A stretch of 64,000 bases of DNA, taken from assembly GCA_040904565.1 (NCBI GenBank), contig JBBDTI010000031.1:71056-135055 (forward strand). The letters are read 5' to 3'. The stretch comes from Rhodothermales bacterium (lineage in GTDB: Bacteria; Bacteroidota; Rhodothermia; Rhodothermales; VXPQ01). Within the stretch, counting starts at the first letter, position 1. Each line of letters begins with the position of its first letter. Positions 60,531 to 64,000 of this stretch are shown piece after piece. The notes beneath the pieces are model-generated. The model worked only from the letters and a program-made list of their open reading frames with translations, was not told the origin of the DNA and did not search any database. Made by a program: the position numbers and the translations under genes.

Positions 60531-60743
60531 TGGAGCATCGTTACGACGGCTCGTCCGCCGCGTGCGGCCGAGGCGACGTGGCATACGGCCGCATCTTCTG
60601 CGGCGACCGTGGGAACCGCAGAGCCGGGTATGCCGTGACGATAGACCCTTGGAATTCTCTTGTTGTCGGCAGCACTTGAAGCGCCCGACAACCCGTGAGA
60701 ACTGCTCTACGCCAGTCGTGCTCCGCTATTTTCTCTACGCCTC

Positions 60744-61520
60744 ATGCTAAGAGCCTGGAAACTGCTGCGCGTATTCTGGGCTATGTCGACGCGTACGCCG
60801 TATGTCAATCTCCGTGCGTGGCGGCTTTCGCGGGACGAGGAGATCAGGTACCGCGCGCACCGCATTCAGGTCGGGTGTTCGCTCTTGTGCGACATTCTGG
60901 GTGTTTCGGTGCACGTCCGAGGTTCGGTGCCGTCCCGAGGCGGCATGCTCGTCGTGTCAAATCATTTCGGCATCCTCGACCCCTTGATCCTTTCATCCGT
61001 GCTCCCATCGGCGCCAGTCGGAAAGGCAGAAGTGTTAGCGTGGCCCTTTCTGGGCTGGGTAAGTGCCGCGCACGGGATGATTCCTGTCGAACGCCGGCGA
61101 CGCAGCACGGTCTCCCAGTTTACCGAGCGCGTCCGGAAGCGCCTGGATGCCGGCGTGAACGTGGTCGTGTTTCCGGAAGGAACGACGACCGCCTCACTCC
61201 AGGTGCGCCGCTTCAAGACAGGCGCCTTCGAAGCGGTCGCCCATCGGGATGGCGGTGCCGTGCTGCCAGTCTATCTAACCGTGCGGTCCATCGATGGACG
61301 AATGGCAGACGAGGCGGTTCGGCAGCGCGTCGTATGGGCTGATGGGGGGGCGCCTTTCGTCGAACATGCCCTGGATCTGGCATCCATTCCACACATGTCG
61401 TTCACTGTATATCTGGGCCGGCCAATTCCGACCACGGGACGTGACAGAAAGGAATTGGCACAACTTGCGCGGGAAGCGGTTGAAGCCTTACGGCTGCACG
61501 GAGAAACAATCGATACATGA
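60744..61520 (+). CDS. 1-acyl-sn-glycerol-3-phosphate acyltransferase (PlsC family)
   Basis: SNHFGILD (HxxxxD), FPEGTT, FKTGAF. Confidence 0.88.
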   Translation: MLRAWKLLRVFWAMSTRTPYVNLRAWRLSRDEEIRYRAHRIQVGCSLLCDILGVSVHVRGSVPSRGGMLVVSNHFGILDPLILSSVLPSAPVGKAEVLAWPFLGWVSAAHGMIPVERRRRSTVSQFTERVRKRLDAGVNVVVFPEGTTTASLQVRRFKTGAFEAVAHRDGGAVLPVYLTVRSIDGRMADEAVRQRVVWADGGAPFVEHALDLASIPHMSFTVYLGRPIPTTGRDRKELAQLAREAVEALRLHGETIDT

Positions 61521-61623
61521 GGCAACGTCACAGGGAACGAAGGGGTGATCGACGAGGTGATCGACGGGGTGAACGTCGATGTACCGTGCGAATCCTCGCT
61601 CAACGCCGATTCAGACCGCAACC

Positions 61624-63243
61624 ATGAAAGATCAGCAGCAGATATCAAGTGTCAAAATCCTGATCGGCGTCGGGCTCGTACTGGTCGGCTTGACGACAGG
61701 CATTCTGTTCATGTTGATCGCCGGTAGCCATCCCGAGAATGTAGATGGTGGGCAGCGGGTCGTCGAGCGCGTGCAGCTGGGAAACCGGGAAGCCCCGGCG
61801 AACGTGCCCGTGCTTGACTCTCTCAACGCATCTCTCGATCCACGCACGCTGAACCGGATGTTCCGGCACGTTGCGGACGATGTGACGCCGGCCGTCGTCT
61901 ATATTCAGGTTGAGGTTCCGCTCCAGCAGGATGGACAGCGTGAGTGGTACCACAATTTCGATGAAGACGCTCGCCGCCGGTTCTTTCAGGACGATCCCCT
62001 ACGACAGAGCGTCGGAAGCGGCGTGCTGATTAGTCCACAGGGATATATCGTTACCAATCACCACGTCGTCGAGAACGCCGAGAGCATCCAGGTAACGCTT
62101 TCGGATAAGCGACTGTACGATGCGCGCATTGTCGGTACCGACCCGTCGACCGATCTGGCCGTTCTGAAGATCGAAGACGGAGGGAGGGATTTTCCGGCGG
62201 TACGCCTCGGTAATTCCGACGGCCTTCAGGTCGGCGAGTGGGTACTCGCGATAGGTAATCCGTTCCGGCTGACATCTACAGTCACAGCGGGGATCGTGAG
62301 CGCAACGGGGCGTCAGGTGAACATCATCGACGGTGATTTTGGTATCGAGGATTTCATCCAGACGGACGCGGCCATCAATCCCGGCAATTCGGGCGGAGCC
62401 GTCGTGAATCTTAACGGCGAGCTCGTTGGGATTGCCACGGCCATTGCTACGGAGAGCGGCTCGTACGAAGGATACGGCTTTGCCGTCCCCGCCAATCTGA
62501 TGGAACGCGTTGCAGGCGACCTCATCGAATATGGCGAGGTTCGGCGCGGCTATCTTGGGGTCGTCATACAGAACGTAGATGCGGGCGTCGCTCGTCGGCT
62601 CGACATGGAGGAGATCCAGGGGATCTACGTCAACGACGTTACCGACGGTGGCTCTGCGGCAAATGCCGGAATCAGGCAAGGTGACGTCATCGTTTCGGTC
62701 GACGATCGCGCCGTGAATGCCGCGAACGAGTTGCAGAGTACGGTCGCGCGGAAACGACCCGGAGACGTGCTCGACATCGGCGTCTGGCGTGAGGGAAGCG
62801 TCATCCAGTTCGACGTCGAACTGCTGGGACGAAACACGCCTGCCTACGAACGCTGGTTCAGTGAACTGCGGGAGCAAGGAGAGGAAGAGGCACCGGAGGC
62901 CGAACGGGCGCCGCCCCTCGATCAGGACAACGTATTCGAATTGAGCCGGTGGGGCGTCGGGCTGCGAAATCTCACGGCGAGAGAACTCAATGCGTTCGAT
63001 GTGCGGGCCGGGGCATACGTGGCATATGTCGAGAATGGCAGCGTCGCGGATGATGCCGCACTACCACGCGATGCCGTCATTACCGAGATTTCCGGTTCCC
63101 GAGTCGAGTCGACGGAGCAGGCCATCAACCGCCTCGAGGAGGCCGCACAGGTCGACGAGACAGTTCTGATCAAGGTCAGGCGCCGAGATGGGATTTCTGC
63201 GTATTATGAAATGGAAGTACCCGCAACCGCCGGTTCATTATGA
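61624..63243 (+). CDS. HtrA/DegP-family serine protease with two PDZ domains
   Basis: [37 protein letters not shown], followed by PDZ domains. Confidence 0.93.
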   Translation: MKDQQQISSVKILIGVGLVLVGLTTGILFMLIAGSHPENVDGGQRVVERVQLGNREAPANVPVLDSLNASLDPRTLNRMFRHVADDVTPAVVYIQVEVPLQQDGQREWYHNFDEDARRRFFQDDPLRQSVGSGVLISPQGYIVTNHHVVENAESIQVTLSDKRLYDARIVGTDPSTDLAVLKIEDGGRDFPAVRLGNSDGLQVGEWVLAIGNPFRLTSTVTAGIVSATGRQVNIIDGDFGIEDFIQTDAAINPGNSGGAVVNLNGELVGIATAIATESGSYEGYGFAVPANLMERVAGDLIEYGEVRRGYLGVVIQNVDAGVARRLDMEEIQGIYVNDVTDGGSAANAGIRQGDVIVSVDDRAVNAANELQSTVARKRPGDVLDIGVWREGSVIQFDVELLGRNTPAYERWFSELREQGEEEAPEAERAPPLDQDNVFELSRWGVGLRNLTARELNAFDVRAGAYVAYVENGSVADDAALPRDAVITEISGSRVESTEQAINRLEEAAQVDETVLIKVRRRDGISAYYEMEVPATAGSL

Positions 63244-64000
63244 TTCGTTACCTCACGGCCGGAGAATCTCATGGCGAAGCGCTCATAGGGATCGTCGAAG
63301 GGATGCCGGCAGGCGTTCCCGTCGATCCTGAAGACATCAACCATCATCTGGCCCGACGGTGGCTGGGATATGGTCGAGGAGGTCGGTCGAAGTTCGAGCG
63401 CGACAAAGTACACATCTATTCCGGTATTCGATTCTCCCGGACGATGGGCAGTCCTATCGCCATGCGACTGGATAACGCGGCCTATACGAAGGACCGGTCC
63501 GGTTGGCCCGATGTGATGGCCGTGTCCGGGTCCGGGGAGGGTGTGGACAAGGTGACTCTGCCGCGCCCCGGGCACGCTGATTTGACGGGTCTGCAAAAAT
63601 ACAGGTTCGACGATATCCGGCCTGTCATCGATAGGGCGAGCGCACGGGAAACGGCCATGCGCGTAGCCTGTTGCACGGTGGCTCGTCAGCTCCTCAAGCA
63701 ATTCGGCATCGAGGTTGGCAGTCACGTCGTCCGCCTCGGCGAGGTCGGCATGGATGCTCCCAAGTCGTGGTACGAACGCGTCGCCGAAATCACCGATGAG
63801 GGCGCGGAGAACCTCAACCGGTATGCCGACGAGAGTGCGGTGCGGATGCTGGACGAGGAACTGACGGACGCCTGCATCGAGCATATCGACGAGACGAAGA
63901 AGCGCGGTGACTCGTTGGGAGGTATGTATGAAGTCGTGGTGACGGGCGTGCCTCCGGGGCTCGGCTCGTACGTTCAGTGGGACCGCCGGCTCGATGGGCA
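63240..64000 (+). CDS. aroC: Chorismate synthase (runs off the window)
   Basis: Manual translation from ATG 63240, which overlaps the HtrA stop: [15 protein letters not shown]...[13 protein letters not shown]...PRPGHAD...[12 protein letters not shown]...GDSLGG. Confidence 0.95.
   Translation, partial: MIRYLTAGESHGEALIGIVEGMPAGVPVDPEDINHHLARRWLGYGRGGRSKFERDKVHIYSGIRFSRTMGSPIAMRLDNAAYTKDRSGWPDVMAVSGSGEGVDKVTLPRPGHADLTGLQKYRFDDIRPVIDRASARETAMRVACCTVARQLLKQFGIEVGSHVVRLGEVGMDAPKSWYERVAEITDEGAENLNRYADESAVRMLDEELTDACIEHIDETKKRGDSLGGMYEVVVTGVPPGLGSYVQWDRRLDG

Overview
This window is a GC-rich (roughly 60-65%), gene-dense chromosomal segment. Gene content and order (efp-accB-accC-gcvH-guaA, bshC/bshB1, ECF-FecR-TonB receptor-DUF4249, beta-propeller sensor kinase) point to a Rhodothermales-like member of the FCB/Bacteroidota-Rhodothermota group; this is an inference. 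Most of the ~50 genes are housekeeping: tonB, nnr, ald, pfk, hisD/hisC, leuS, guaA, bamD, nadD, glgP, prmC, an HtrA protease and aroC. I recognised no rRNA, tRNA, CRISPR array or transposase. The standout locus is 56.7-60.5 kb. A 102-aa lipoprotein carries four amino-acid-identical copies of DNGGGSDGSEHN whose DNA differs only synonymously. It is divergently transcribed from a periplasmic beta-propeller/Y_Y_Y histidine kinase whose sensor half has lower GC than its kinase half. Together these look like a candidate multi-core peptide signal/receptor (quorum-sensing or pherotype-like) module. Other oddities are an AI-2E transporter with an inserted PDZ domain, a degenerate KaiC/RecA plus degenerate GGDEF fusion, an orphan zinc-less anti-sigma-like protein, a DGGGP-synthase-like/geranylgeranyl reductase/GT2 trio, and a 3x11-bp tandem repeat just upstream of tonB.
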